Assembly (NCBI GenBank): GCA_964036045.1
Contig: OZ038378.1
Coordinates: 62,558,001 to 62,622,000, forward strand
DNA length: 64,000 bases
Source: Eutreptiella sp. 'Long Island Sound 2002'
Lineage: Eukaryota; Protista; Euglenida
Reading direction: 5' to 3'
Of this stretch, positions 1 to 13,000 are shown piece after piece. The translations under genes were made by a program, and so were the position numbers. The notes beneath the pieces are model-generated. The model was not told the origin of the DNA and made no database searches. It worked only from the letters and a program-made list of their open reading frames with translations. Positions within the stretch are counted from its first letter, which is position 1, and each line of letters opens with the position of its first letter.

Positions 1-794
1 AAAGCAGTGCCGGGGAGCTCTTACCGTGCGCGCTTTGCAGGCGGCTCATCCTCCGCACAACCGGTTTCGGTGGCGTTGGTGAGCTTGAAGAAATCAATTA
101 ATATGGATTGATTAGGCCCAAGTTGTGGTGCAGCCTTTCGTCAAGCGGGTTTTGCCCTTGAGGGGGGTGGGGGGGCTAAAGCGCACACGGAGGAATATGA
201 CGGGGGAGGCTCCTCCCATTGGGTGTTCGGTCTGGTGTGGTTCATATATAACACACGTCAATCACGGGTGTGATGTTGCTCCCAACTAGGTGGAAGCGAA
301 GCACATGAAGGGGGAGAGGCGGTACGGCCGCAAGAAGGGGGCCGCGGTATCTCCTGCGATGATGCTGATGAGGTCGGACATGGGGAGCGCGAATGGAACT
401 GCACAACACTGAGAGGGGCTGATGGGTTCTCATAGTCGCGCCCAATCCCACGTGTACTTCGGCCGTACAAAGTCATCTCCGTCCGTGGAAGGCCCAAGAA
501 TTGTGGCTTCTACCAGCTCACCAGTGTGGTACCGCTTGTATAGCTCCTCCCGGGCAGATGCAAGGAGAGAATCGGTCATGGTGGGCAATAGAGGTCCTGT
601 AGTTGAGGGACACCAATTCCTCGCATTCTGCTTTATAAATTTACCCACAGTCACTCACTACATCCCCTCTTTTCCCCAATCCTTTTGCTTGAAACTTCGA
701 TTGTGAAGCCCTCACAACTCAATACGTAATTAATCATGTCCTAAAAAATATACAGTCGGACCAGAAGTGTTCCTTGGACGAGGCGTTTGTTGGA

Positions 795-1410
795 CACGTG
801 GGGGGCGTGGAGTCCGTATCCCCAACTCGATGGGCCACACCGAAGTGTGGGAGTCCCTAACCCCAACTCAAGGGGCCACGCCAAAAGCGTGGGACTCCGC
901 ATTTCCCACTCCATAAGCCACAATGAGGTGTGGGAGACTGTGTCCCCAACTCAAGCAATCACAGCGAAGTGTGGGGGTCCGTATCCCCAACTCAAGGGGC
1001 CACACCGAAGTGTATGGGTCCATATCCCCAACTTGCGGGGCCACACCAAAATGTGGGTGTCTGTATCCCCAACTCAAAGGGCCACGCCAAAGGTGTGGGC
1101 GTCCGTATCCCCAACTCAAGGGGCCACACCGAACTGCAAGAGTCCATATACCCAACCCAAGAGGCCGCGCCAAAGCGTGGGATTCCATATCCCCATTTCA
1201 AGGGGACCACGCCAAAAGCGTGGGAGTCCGTATGCCCAACTCAAGGGGGCACATCAAAGTGTCAGACTCCGTATCCCCAGCTCAAGGGGCCACCCCAAAG
1301 ACTGGGAGTCCATTGCCCCAACTCTAAGGGGCCACGCCGAAGCGCAGGAGTCCGTGTCCGTATCCCCAACTAGGGGGCTACACCGAAGTGTGGGAGTCCA
1401 TCACCCCAAC
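795..1410. repeat. ~42-bp minisatellite, about 14-15 copies (consensus ~CGTATCCCCAACTCAAGGGGCCACACCGAAGTGTGGGAGTC)
   Basis: Unit visible directly (AGTCC at ~811 and ~852, GACTCC at ~893). The repetitive ORFs 787..1689, 923..1327 and 930..1373 are its translations. Confidence 0.95.
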
Positions 1411-1689
1411 TCAAGCAGTGAGGGTAGCGGCTCTGGTGCTTGTGGACAATTGGGCGCCTTCAGCGCACATCGACTCCTTGGGCCGGTACCTTTAACAACT
1501 AAATGTTGGCCGGAGGCCCCTTTGGGGGGGGAGGGGATCGTTGGCGTCCTAGGACCCCTAGGGTCGCCCCCCCCCCCCCCCGACCGGGGGGTCGCGGTGG
1601 TGGAAGCCAACGATGGCCCAGAGGGTGCACACAGGCGGCTGGAGTACTGTGCAGTACAGCCGGTGTCCGTTGACCTGTCTTTTGTGTGA

Positions 1690-2460
1690 CCTGCTTGTCG
1701 GTGGAGGTCATGGCGGTGCGGTGCAGGGGGATGGTGCAGTTTTGTTGGGAAAAGTGGGACGCTTCTTCCTGTGCTCTTGATGGCAGCATTCTATCCCTGG
1801 CATCCACTCCCTTGCCAGCGCTGACCGGCTTCCCAGACAGTCATTCCTGGACCATGAATTAGGAGGGAATTCTCCACCACAAATGGTGTGGAACGTCTCT
1901 CGCAGGACCAGGGGGAAGTGTGACACATCGGTGGCGAATTATATTTCCAACCATTTTGCCCAATGAGGGATGGGGGGCTGCACTAGTGTGCAATGGACCA
2001 GTGTGCACGTCAAGTGGGTCTCAGAGGCAGCACGCGAGGGGGGGGGGGATGAAGGTTTCAGATGGGGGAGGGCCAAGAGCCTGCAGTACCCATTCTAATC
2101 AGTCCTCAGACCAGCTCGGAGGTCCTCAGCCCCTCCTCCACGACCTTGATGCAGTCTCCGACGGACAGACCCTCCCTCATCGCCTGCACAAGCTTCACAT
2201 GTGTGTCCTTGTGCCGCCGGATCAGGGAGCATGTGTTTAGGGCCGCCCATCGGACTTGGCTCTGGGCCTTCTTCTCTGTGAACCGCAGCGCACTCAACAG
2301 GGCATCGAGCTGTTGGATGTCTGAGAGCCCGCCCTCCGCCTGCCCGTACTCTACAAACTCCACTGCGACCCCGGCCAATGCGATGCACACGTACTGGTCC
2401 AATGAGGAGGACGTGAGCTGACCACTGGCCACTTCAGCCTCAAAGGCACCGTCGCAGAAG
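1690..2460 (-). pseudogene. C-terminal relic of a RAG1/Transib-like DDE transposase (copy C)
   Basis: Minus-strand tgcatc--gcattgg...gtcgcagtggagtttgtagag (~2358-2390) resembles CILHW..GRLQVAFIG of the element at 34306-37748. PGIECCHQEHRKK (~1777-1800) fits the E-x-x-H catalytic helix and is preceded by FHTIC. Frameshifted. Confidence 0.45.
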
Positions 2461-4012
2461 CGGCAGCCAGCCTGCAGGGGAAGTTGGAGGAGGAAGAGGA
2501 GGAGGCGGACAAGGAGAAGAAGGAGGAGCAGAACGAGATGCAGCAGCACAAGGAGGAGCAGGAAAAGGAGGGGAAGGGGGATGACAACCACCACAACGAG
2601 GATACCAAGGAGAAAGTAAATGAGGCCTCCACTATCCCTGGCACACAGCAAGAGCCCATCACAGTAGAACCTACAAAGCGCAACTCTGGCAGTCTTCCAC
2701 AGTCACCACATTCACTGCCCATTCGGAACTAGGGGATTGATCGCTGATTCCCACGAGGCGTGTGACTGTGGTAGACATCACAGGAAGCAAGCAGCATCAC
2801 AGGCAACAGAATATTTGCATGTCATGGGTGATGACATTACTCTAGAAAATCAAGCTAGGGTAGCGATGGACGCGTTTCATTGGCACCATTTCACTCTACT
2901 GTTGTGCATGAGACTGGAGGTAACTTTCCCTGTCTTGCAATGGGTTCCCACCAAGCTAGGTGTCCTCTCTATGTGTCCAAATCATGGTGTATGGAGCATT
3001 GGATGTTGTAAGCATTGCTTGATGATAATTTGTGCAATGTGTGAACTTATGCATGCATGATCAGTGGTGTTGTCATATTGAGGTTGCTCCATGGTGATTT
3101 CCGGTTGTTCTGCCAACGACCCCTTCATCAATGCATACATGAGATTCCAATCTTGCATCAAATCCCTCGTGGATGCAGTCATGAGGCAATGAAACAAAAT
3201 GAGTGCAAAAATTAACTTTTGCTGTGACCATCTTTTCAATGAGCTGGGGGCATAACTCTTCGACAATCAGACAAGATTACATGAATCATGTGCATGCACA
3301 GAATTAACAAATGGTCAAATACAATCACTGAACTCCCAACTACCAACACTGACAAAGATGGTGCAAAGTCGAGTACAAAAAAATTGTGTAGTCGTGTAAA
3401 TTTTTTTGCGGTAAATGCGTGTAATTTTTTTTTTGCGGTAAGTCGTGTGAATTATAAAAAAAAATTGAAAAATTGAAAGAAATGCAACCTTTGCAATACA
3501 TGCGCAATATGTACAGCTGCCAGTTCCGTACGGCACCCCATGGCGACCTTCACGATGGGACGCCGAGTCCACAAAGCACATAGTACTCTGCGTGGCCACC
3601 AATTAGTTGGGACTCGGCCAATATAACATAGTTTCACATGCTGTCATTGGCACTAGACTCAAAATCAGGCTCAAGAAAAGAGTCCTCACAGGGCCATGGC
3701 CAACATTCAGTGTGCCTGCACTGGGAACGAAATCAGGCTCAAGAAAAAAAGGCCCAACGCTAGCCATGCCCAACGCTAGTGCCACCATTGTAGGCCACCA
3801 AGGCACTGGTATGGGGCCAATATAACAGCAATCTTATACGCTCCGCCGTTGGTGCACCAAACAAGCCAAGGAAAATACAGCTCACAAAACATGCACCCGC
3901 TACAAGTAGTGGCAAAATGCACGCTTGTAGATCTAGTCCGTTTTTGTGTCGCTCGACTTGGGCTTTGCACCAGGATTGGGGTTAAACTGACAAGCGGCGC
4001 GCAACTCTGCTA

Positions 4013-5395
4013 CTAGCTGCTTGGACAGGTCATTGATGAAAATCTGGTCACGCTCCAGCTGGCCACATGCATCTGCTGGGTAGCCATTTGGCACCTTGTG
4101 CCACTCTCCACGGATGAGGACCTTGGGACGGGTGTCCTCCTCTGTGGGGGTGGCCATGGAAGGTTGCATCCTGGCCTCCGGGCTTTCCACGCTCTGCTCG
4201 GCGGAGGCCTCCTTGCCTCCTTGCCATTAACCACAAAAATGTGGCGGCGGCACCACCTCATGTTGGCCAGTCTTGTGCCGGATTCAACTCTCTGCATGTA
4301 CCAGGAGAGTCTCTTGATGTACAGAAGCGCTAGAGTCCACGCACGTGGTTCATCGATTTCATTGTGGTAAGCCTCTTGGTTCAACCAACACACGATACCC
4401 TTGTCTGCCAACCAATCTCCCACCCCCAAAGGGGGTGTTTCACTGGGGATGGTGCTTCGAGTACGCCTTTTGGAAGTGGGAGGGTCGACAGGGGGTGCAC
4501 TTGGCAAGGCCTTCCTTCCCTTCACCTTCTTCTGTGGCACAGGGGCCGTAGGGGGAGGCGCAAAGAGGTCCACCTCCGAATCATTTGACTGGACCTCCTT
4601 ACCTAGGGGAGAGGCCAACAGAGGATTAGAAAGGACGCCCAACTCCTCGTCACTGGACACGGGTTCGTTGGGGAGGGTGGCAGTCAAAACCTCCTCAATA
4701 GTACCCCGGTGCTCCAGCACCAGCTTCGCGATGTTCAAGCTTTGAAAACCACAAGACCAACCGTCCGTTTGGAAGCCCAAGGCGCGGTGCTTGGTGGTTA
4801 GCGAAAGCGTCTTCAAGGCCAACAAGAAAGGACGGATCAAATGAGTGGAGCTTAGGGGTTCTTAGACCCAAATAGTGAAAAGCTCCAACCAGATACGACA
4901 ATCGAAGGCACATACAAACGAGTGCAACCCTTGCTTGTCATTGGCATTAACCACAAAAATGTGGCGGCGGCACCACCTCATGTTGGCCAGTCTTGTGCCG
5001 GATTCAACTCTCTGCATGTACCAGGAGAGTCTCATGATATATAGAAGCGCTAGAGTCCACGCACGTGCTTCATCGATTTCATTGTGGCAAACCTCTTGGC
5101 TCAACCAACACACGATATCCTTGTCTGTCAACCAATCTCCCACCCCCCAAGGGGGTGTTTCGCTGGGGATGGTGCTTCGAGTACGCCTTTTGGAAGTGGG
5201 AGGGTCGACATGGGGTGCACTCGGCAAGGCCTTCCTTCCCTTCACCTTCTTATGTGGCACAGGGGCCGTACGGGGAGGCGCAAAGAGGTCCACCTCCGAA
5301 TCAGATGACCAGACCTCTTTTTTCTTCACCTCGTTACCTAGGGGAGAGGCCAACAGAGGATTAGAAAGCACGTCCAACTCCTTGTCACCGGACAC
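4013..5395 (-). pseudogene. Ulp1/C48-like cysteine protease relic, partly duplicated in tandem
   Basis: WLTDKDIVCWL ... GLH(S)F ... QTDGWSCG match Ulp1-family WLxDxxI, HW and QxxxxxCG motifs (His-Trp reads HS here). In-frame stop at ~4862. Confidence 0.75.
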
Positions 5396-5435
5396 GGGTT
5401 TCTTTGGAGAGGGTGGCGGTCAAGGCCTCCTCAAC
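4225..5435. repeat. Direct duplication of ~475 bp (4225-4700 and 4945-5435)
   Basis: CATTAACCACAAAAATGTGGCGGCGGCACCACC starts at both 4225 and 4945 (720-bp offset). The copies are near-identical apart from a ~15-bp indel. Confidence 0.95.
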
Positions 5436-6900
5436 GTCTACCTGCTGACACATACAAAGAGCCACTTGTCCGTATTGGGGTGGGCCCTTCCACGAATTGG
5501 ACACTCCAAAGTGTGTAGGCAAAAGCCGCACCCCTCACAATGCATGCACCACAAGTACACGGTCTTGCGACATTGGCCACACACAGAAGGTGGCCGAAAG
5601 AGATTAAGGCAATGCCAAGTTCTCCGATGCACCTCCATGGGTCCAGCAATAGTAGTAGACGTAGACTCATCATCACTGGGTGGGTTCACAGCAACCGTGG
5701 AGCCATTAGTGTCGCTATCGGTATCACTACCGGCCACCATCTTCCTGCGGCTTTTTGCAAGTGCCTTGTTTTTTTTTGGGGGGGGATGCCAGTTTTTTTG
5801 ACTGGCGGGTGCGAACCTTTGTTGATGGCTCCGCACGTGTAGTCACCTTGCGCTCAATACGGCCCAACTTAAAAGGGCGTTGGGCAACAATCTCCCAAGA
5901 GTACTGAGAGGGTACCTTAAATTTTGGTTCTTTCACGAGGAGCCACGGCAACACGGCCTCACACATCGCGAACATGCAATAGTTTGCACAAGTACAACCA
6001 TCCGCTGTCACGCGGTGGCTCCGGAGAAAGGCTACAAATACCACCCGCGTAATCGAGGTCCCTTCCTCTATCTTACGCAACGTGGCTTTCCATTTGGCCA
6101 CAGCAGCACCATCAATGGGCCGATACTCCTTAATGGGTTGTCCGTTCAAGCCTCGTTTTTTTAGGAATCTCCTTGGTCAAAAAACAAGGCATCGCCATCA
6201 TCAAAAAATGCATTTGCCATATGCAGTGCTTGGCTCTCTTGCCACATCCACAGGAGAGTCCCCAACTGCCCAGCTCGACCGCTGGTCCACATACTGCTCC
6301 TTGATATGTGCCAAGTGTTCTGGACGGGTGGAAGGACGGTTGGTCAAGGCATTCCACCCGGCATTCTTAACCTTGGGAGACCAAATACAACGTATTGTCT
6401 GGAGGCGACGATACAGTGCAAGACACTCTTTCTAGAAAGCAGGCTCGGGTAGTCTCTGGAACACAGCCCTTCTGAAGTTGCGAAAGACGTTGTACACACA
6501 TTGCAACCATGCTTCTAGGGTACACCACACTTTGTGAGCGGAACCAACCATTGCAGGTGCACGATCACTTGTAGCATTTTGGACAAGCCATTTCCACCCA
6601 GGGAACAGTGCCTCCATTTTTCTTCGCATGGTTTTACATATGTACAACAAAAAACAAAAGGAACGGTCCTTGGGTTATCCACGCCCCACGATATGTGCAC
6701 CAAAAGACGAATAAAATAGAAACGGATCCAAAGGTGCACTTACATGAGGGAAATTCATGATGGAAACATGACCGGGCACCCGATTGACCGGGCACATGCA
6801 CATATTACACATCAGCAAAAAGGAAGTGTGACACACAAAAGAGAGGGGACAGCCAAGCCGGTGGGCGAAGGTAACCCCGAGAATGTTCAATTGGAATTGC
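5430..6900 (-). mobile_element. Mutator-like (MULE) transposase relic with SWIM finger and a C-terminal Cys-rich finger
   Basis: GVDNPRTVPFVFC, TSDRAPAM...WLQCVYNVFRN (MULE D...CxxH region), SWIM-like CTCANYCMFAMCEA (~5961-6002), then CGQC...CMHCEGCGFCLH. Frameshifted, and collinear with the downstream Ulp1 relic. Confidence 0.7.
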
Positions 6901-7051
6901 AGCCCAAAATAGAAAATGCACTTTCATTGTCGGTCCCCCACATGCATTGCACCATATCATGGGTCTGCGGCTCTTCACCCTTGAATGACGAATCAACTCC
7001 TTCGTTGACTCAAGGGTAGAAAGTCCCAAACACCCGAGCAATAGTACCAAA

Positions 7052-10000
7052 CTCCTTTGTGTGAACCGGCTTGGATCTCCATTGTGTGAGAGAGCTTGGA
7101 TCTCCGTTGTGTGGACTAGCTTGGCTCCCTGTTGAGGGAACCAGTGTGGATCTCCATTGTGTCAACCAGTTTGGATTCTGATGTGTGGAGCGAGTTAGAT
7201 ATTGTGAACCAGCTTGGATCTCCATTGTGGGAACACGCCTCGGTCTCCTTTGTGTGAACCAGCTTGAATTACGTTGTGTGAACCCGCTTGGACCTCCCTT
7301 GTGTGAAGGGAGTTGGATCTCCATTGTGTGAACAAGCTTGGATCTCCTTTGTGTGAACCAGCTTGGATCTCCGTTGTGTGCACCACCTTGGACCTCCATT
7401 GTGTGTACCGGCTTGGATCTCCATTGTGTAAGCCGATCTGAATCTTTGTCGTGTGACGGACCCTGGATCTCCATTGTGTGAACCGGTTTGGATCGCTATT
7501 GTGTGAACTGGCTTGGATCTCTGTTGTGTGAACCGCCTTGGATCCCAATTGTGTAAACCAGCTTGGATCTCCCTTGTGTGAACCATCGTGGATCTCCATT
7601 GTGTGAACGAGCTTGGATGTGCGTTGCCTGAACCGGCTTAGATCTCCATTGCGTGAACCGGCTTGAATCTCCATTGTGTGACCCACTTTGGATTCTATTG
7701 TGCGGAGCGAGTTGGATTTGGTGAACCAGCTTGGATCCCCATTGTGTGAACCACCTTCGATCTCCGTTGTGTGAACCAGCTGGGATCTCCGTTGTGTGAA
7801 CGGGCTTGGATCTCCATTGTGTGCAGTCCTTGGATCTCCGTTGTGTGAACCAGCTTGGATCTCCGTTGTGTGAACCACCTTGGAGCTCCGTTGTGTCAAT
7901 GAGCTTGGATCTCCTTGTGGGAGCTGGCTTGGATCTACATTGCGTGAAGTGGCTTGGATCTCCTTTGTGTGAACCAATTGGGATCTCCTTTGTGTGAAAC
8001 AGCTTGGATATCCACTATGTGAACACGCTTGGATCTCCATTCTGTGAACCAACTTGGTTCTCCGTTGTGTGAACCAGCTTGGATCTCCGTTCTGTGAACC
8101 AGCTCGGATCTCGGTTGCGTGAACCACCTTGGATCTCCGTTGTGTCAGCTTGGATCTCCGTTGTGGGGGCTGGCTTGGATCTACATTGCGTGAAGAGGCT
8201 TGGATCTCCTTTGTGTGAACCAGTTTGTATCTCCATTGTGTGAACCATCTTGGATGTCCATGGTGTGAACCAGCCTGGATCTCCATTGTGGGAAGTCCTT
8301 GGATCTGCGTCGAGTCAACCAGCATGGATCTCCGTTCCGTGAACCACCTTGGATCTCCGTTGTGTTAATCGGCTTGGATCTCCGTTGTGTGGATCTACAT
8401 TGCGTGAAGTGGCTTGGATCTCCTTTGTGTGAAACAGTTTGGGTCTCCTTTGTGTGAACCAGCTTGGATATCCACTATGTGAACACGCTTAGATCTCCGT
8501 TCTGTGAACCAACTTGGTTCTCCGTTGTGTGAACCAGCTTGGATCTCCGTTCTCTGAACCAGCTCGGATCTCTGTTGTGTGAACCACCTTGGATGTCCGT
8601 TGTGTGAACCAACTTGGATGTCCATTGTGAAAACAAGCTTGAATCTCCAGTGCATGAACTAGTTTGGATCTCCTTTGTGTGAACCAGCTGGATGTGCACT
8701 ATGTGAACAGGCTTGGATCTCCATTGTGTGAACCAGCTTGGTTCTCCGTTGTGTCCACCAGCTTGGATCTCCGTTGTGTGAACCACCTTGGATCTCCGTT
8801 GTGTGAAGCTGCTCGGATCTCCGTTGTATGGACGACCTTGGATCTCCGCTGGCTGAACCAGCTTGGATCTCCAGTGTGGGTACCGGCTTGGATCTCCATT
8901 GTGTAAACTGACTTGGATCTGTTTGGTGTGAAGCCGCTTGGATCTCCATTGTGTGAACCACTTTGCATATTGTTGTGTGCAGCGAGTTGGATTTTGTGAA
9001 CCAGCCTGGATCTCCTTTGTGCGAACAACCTTGGATTTGCCTTGTGTGGACCAGCTAGGATCTCCATTGTATGAACTACCTTGGATGTCGGTTGTGTGAA
9101 CCGGCTTGGATCTCCCTTGTGCGAACGAGCTTGGATCTCCGCTGTGTGAACCAACTTGGATCTCCATTGTGTGAACAAACGCGAATCTCCATTGTGTGAA
9201 CCGGCTTGGATCTACATTTGGTGAACCACCTTGGATGTCCATTGTGTGGACCAGCTTGGATCTCCGTTGTGTCAACCAACTTGGATCTCCATTGTGTGAA
9301 CGAGTTGGATTTTGTTGTGTGGTGCAAGTTGCATTTTGTGAACCAACTTGGATCTGCATTGTGTCATCCAGCTTGGATGTCCGTTGTGTGGACCAGCTTG
9401 GATCTCCGTTGTGTGAACGAGCTTGGATCTCAGCTGCGTGAACCGGCCTCGATCTCCATTGTGTGCACTACCTTAGATCTGTGTTCTTTGAAAAAGCTTG
9501 GATCTCTGTTGTGTGAAAAGGCTGGGATCTCCCTTGTGTGAACGGAATTTGGTCTCCATTTTGTGAAGCAGCTTCGATCTCCTTTGTGTGAACCACATTG
9601 GATCTCCGTTGTGGGAACCACCTTGGATCTCCATCGTGTGAACCGGCTTGGATCTCCATTGTGTGAAGTCCTTGGATCTCCATTGTGTGATCTAGCTTGG
9701 ATCTCCGTTGTGTGAACCACCATGGATCTCTGTTGTGTGAACCGGCTTTGGTCTCCATTGTGTGAACCGGCTTGCATTTCCATTGTGTGAACCAGCTTGG
9801 ATCTCTGTTGGCTGAACCAGTTTGGATATCCGTTGTGTCGATGAGCTTGGATCCCCTTCGTGTGAGCTGGCTTGGATCTACATTGTGGGACTCACCTTGG
9901 ATCTCCGTTGTGTCAATCACCTTGGATCTCCGTTGTGTGACCTAGCTTGGATCTACATTGTGTGAAGTGGCTTGGATCTCCTTTGTGTTAACCAGCTTGT

Positions 10001-13000
10001 ATCTGCATTATGTGAACCACCTTGGATCTGCTTGTATGAACAAGCTTGGATCTCCATTGTGTGAACCGGCTTGGATCTCCGTTGTGGGAACCGGCGTTGA
10101 TCTCCATTGTGTGAACCACCTTGGATCTTTGTTTTGTGAACCAGCTTGAATCTCCATTGTATGGATCACGTTGGATCTCCGCTGTGTGAACCAGCTTGGA
10201 TCTCATTTGTATGAACCAGCTTGGATCTCGATTGTGTGAACTCCTTGGATCTCCGTTGTGCGATCAACCTTGGAATTCCGTTGTGTCAATCAGCTTGGAG
10301 CTCCGTTGTGTGACCTAGCTTGGATCTACATTGTGTGAAGTGGCTTGGATCTCCTTTCCGTGTACCAGCTTGGATCTACATTGTGTGAAGTGGCTTGAAT
10401 CTCATTTGTGCGAAGAAGCTTGTATCTGCATTATGTGAACCACCTTGGATCTGCATTGTATGAACAAGCTTGGATCTCCATTGTGTGAACCGTCTTGGAT
10501 TTCCGTTGTGTGAACCGGCGCTGATCTCCTTTGTGTGAACCACCTTGGATCTTTGTTGTGTGAACCCGCTCATATATCCATTGTGTGAACTAGCTTGGAT
10601 CTCCGTTGTGCGAACCACCTTGGAACTCCGTTGTGTCCATCAGCTTAGATCTCCGTTGTGTGACCTAGCTTGGATCTACATTGTGTGAAGTGGCTTGGAT
10701 CTCCTTTCCGTGTTCCGGCTTGGATCTACATTGTGTGAAGTGGCTTTGATCTCATTTGTGCGAACAAGCTTGTATCTGCATTATGTGAACCACCTTGGAT
10801 CTGCATTGTATGAACAAGCTTGGATCTCCATTGTGTGAACCGTCTTGGATTTCCGTTGTGTGAACCGGCGTTGATCTCCTTTGTGTGAACCACCTTGGAT
10901 CTTTGTTGTGTGAACCAGCTTGGATCTCCATTGTATGGATCACGTTGCATCTCCGCTCTGTGAACCAGCTTGGATCTCATTTGTATGAACCAGCTTGGAT
11001 CTGCATTGTGTGAACCAGCTTCGATCTCCATTGTGTGAACTAGTTTGGATTTTGTTGTGTGGAGCGAGTTGAATTTTGTGAACCGGCTTTGATCTCGTTT
11101 GTGCGAACCACCTTGGATCTGCGTTGTGTGGACCGCCTTGGATCTCCGTTGTGTGAACAAGCTTGGATCTCGGTTGTGTGAACCGGCCTCGATCTCCATT
11201 GTGTGCACTACCTTAGATCTGTGTTCTTTGAACAAGCTTGGATCTCCCTTGTGTGAACGGAATTTGGTCTCCTTTTTGTGAAGCAGCTTCGATCTTCTTT
11301 GTGTGAACCAGCTTGGATCTCCATGGTGTGAACGAGCTTGGATCTCCATTGTGTGACCCACCTTGCACCTCCGTTGTGTGAACCAGCTTAGATCTCCGTT
11401 ATGTGAACCGCCTTGCATCTCCATTGTGCGAACCACCTTGGATCTCCGTTGTGTGAACCAGCTTGGATCTCATTTGTATGAACCAGCTTGGATCTCCATT
11501 GTGTGAAGTCCTTGGATCTCCATTGTGTGAACTAGCTGGATCTCCGTTGTGTGAACCACCATGGATCTCTGTTGTGTGAACCGGCTTTGGTCTCCATCGT
11601 GTGAACCACCTTGGATCTCTGTTGTGTGAACCAGCTTGGATCTCTGTTGGCTGAAGCAGTTTGGATATCCGTTGTGTCGATCAGCTTGGATCCCCTTCGT
11701 GTGAGCTGCCTTGGATCTACATTATGGGAAGTGGCCTGGATCTCCTTTGTGTGAACCAGTTTGGATCACCATTGTGTGAACTAGCTTGGATCTCCGTTGT
11801 TGGAATCACCTTGGATCTCCGTTGTGTCAATCACCTTGGATCTCCGTTGTGTGACCTAGCTTGGATCTACATTGTGTGAAGTGGCTTGGATCTCCTTTGT
11901 GTGAACAAGCTTGTATCTGCATTATTTGAACCACCTTGGATCTGCATTGTATGAACAAGCTTGGATCTCCATTGTGTGAACCGTCTTGGATCTCCGTTGT
12001 GTCAACCAACTTGGATCTCCATTGTGTGAACGAGTTGGATTTTGTTGTGTGGTGCAAGTTGCATTTTGTGAACCAACTTGGATCTGCATTGTGTCATCCA
12101 GCTTGGATGTCCGTTGTGTGGACCAGCTTGGATCTTCGTTGTGTGAACGAGCTTGGATCTCAGCTGCGTGAACCGGCCTCGATCTCCATTGTGTGCACTA
12201 CCTTAGATCTGTGTTCTTTGAAAAAGCTTGGATCTCTGTTGTGTGAAAAGGCTGGGATCTCCCTTGTGTGAACGGAATTTGGTCTCCATTTTGTGAAGCA
12301 GCTTCGATCTCCTTTGTGTGAACCACCTTCGATCACCATTGTGCGAACCACCTTGGATCTCCGTTGTGGGAACCACCTTGGATCTCCATCGTGTGAACCG
12401 GCTTGGATCTCCATTGTGTGAAGTCCTTGGATCTCCATTGTGTGATCTAGCTTGAATCTCCGTTGTGTGAACCACCATGGATCTCTGTTGTGTGAACCGG
12501 CTTTGGTCTCCATTGTGTGAACCGGCTTGCATTTCCATTGTGTGAACCAGCTTGGATCTCTGTTGGCTGAACCAGTTTGGATATCCGTTGTGTCGATGAG
12601 CTTGGATCCCCTTCGTGTGAGCTGGCTTGGATCTACATTGTGGGACTCACCTTGGATCTCCGTTGTGTCAATCACCTTGGATCTCCGTTGTGTGACCTAG
12701 CTTGGATCTACATTGTGGGACTCACCTTGGATCTCCGTTGTGTCAATCACCTTGGATCTCCGTTGTGTGACCTAGCTTGGATCTACATTGTGTGAAGTGG
12801 CTTGGATCTCCTTTGTGTTAACCAGCTTGTATCTGCATTATGTGAACCACCTTGGATCTGCTTGTATGAACAAGCTTGGATCACCATTGTGTGAACCGGC
12901 TTGGATCTCCGTTGTGGGAACCGGCGTTGATCTCCATTTTGTGAACCACCTTGGATCTTTGTTTTGTGAACCAGCTTGAATCTCCATTGTATGGATCACG

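Noticed and set aside
787-1689. 300-aa ORF
   Set aside because: It is a translation of the 42-bp minisatellite (42 is divisible by 3).
2484-2732. Glu/Lys-rich ORF and its Leu-rich antisense ORF
   Set aside because: Low-complexity GAG/AAG-rich sequence with no start context or domain evidence.
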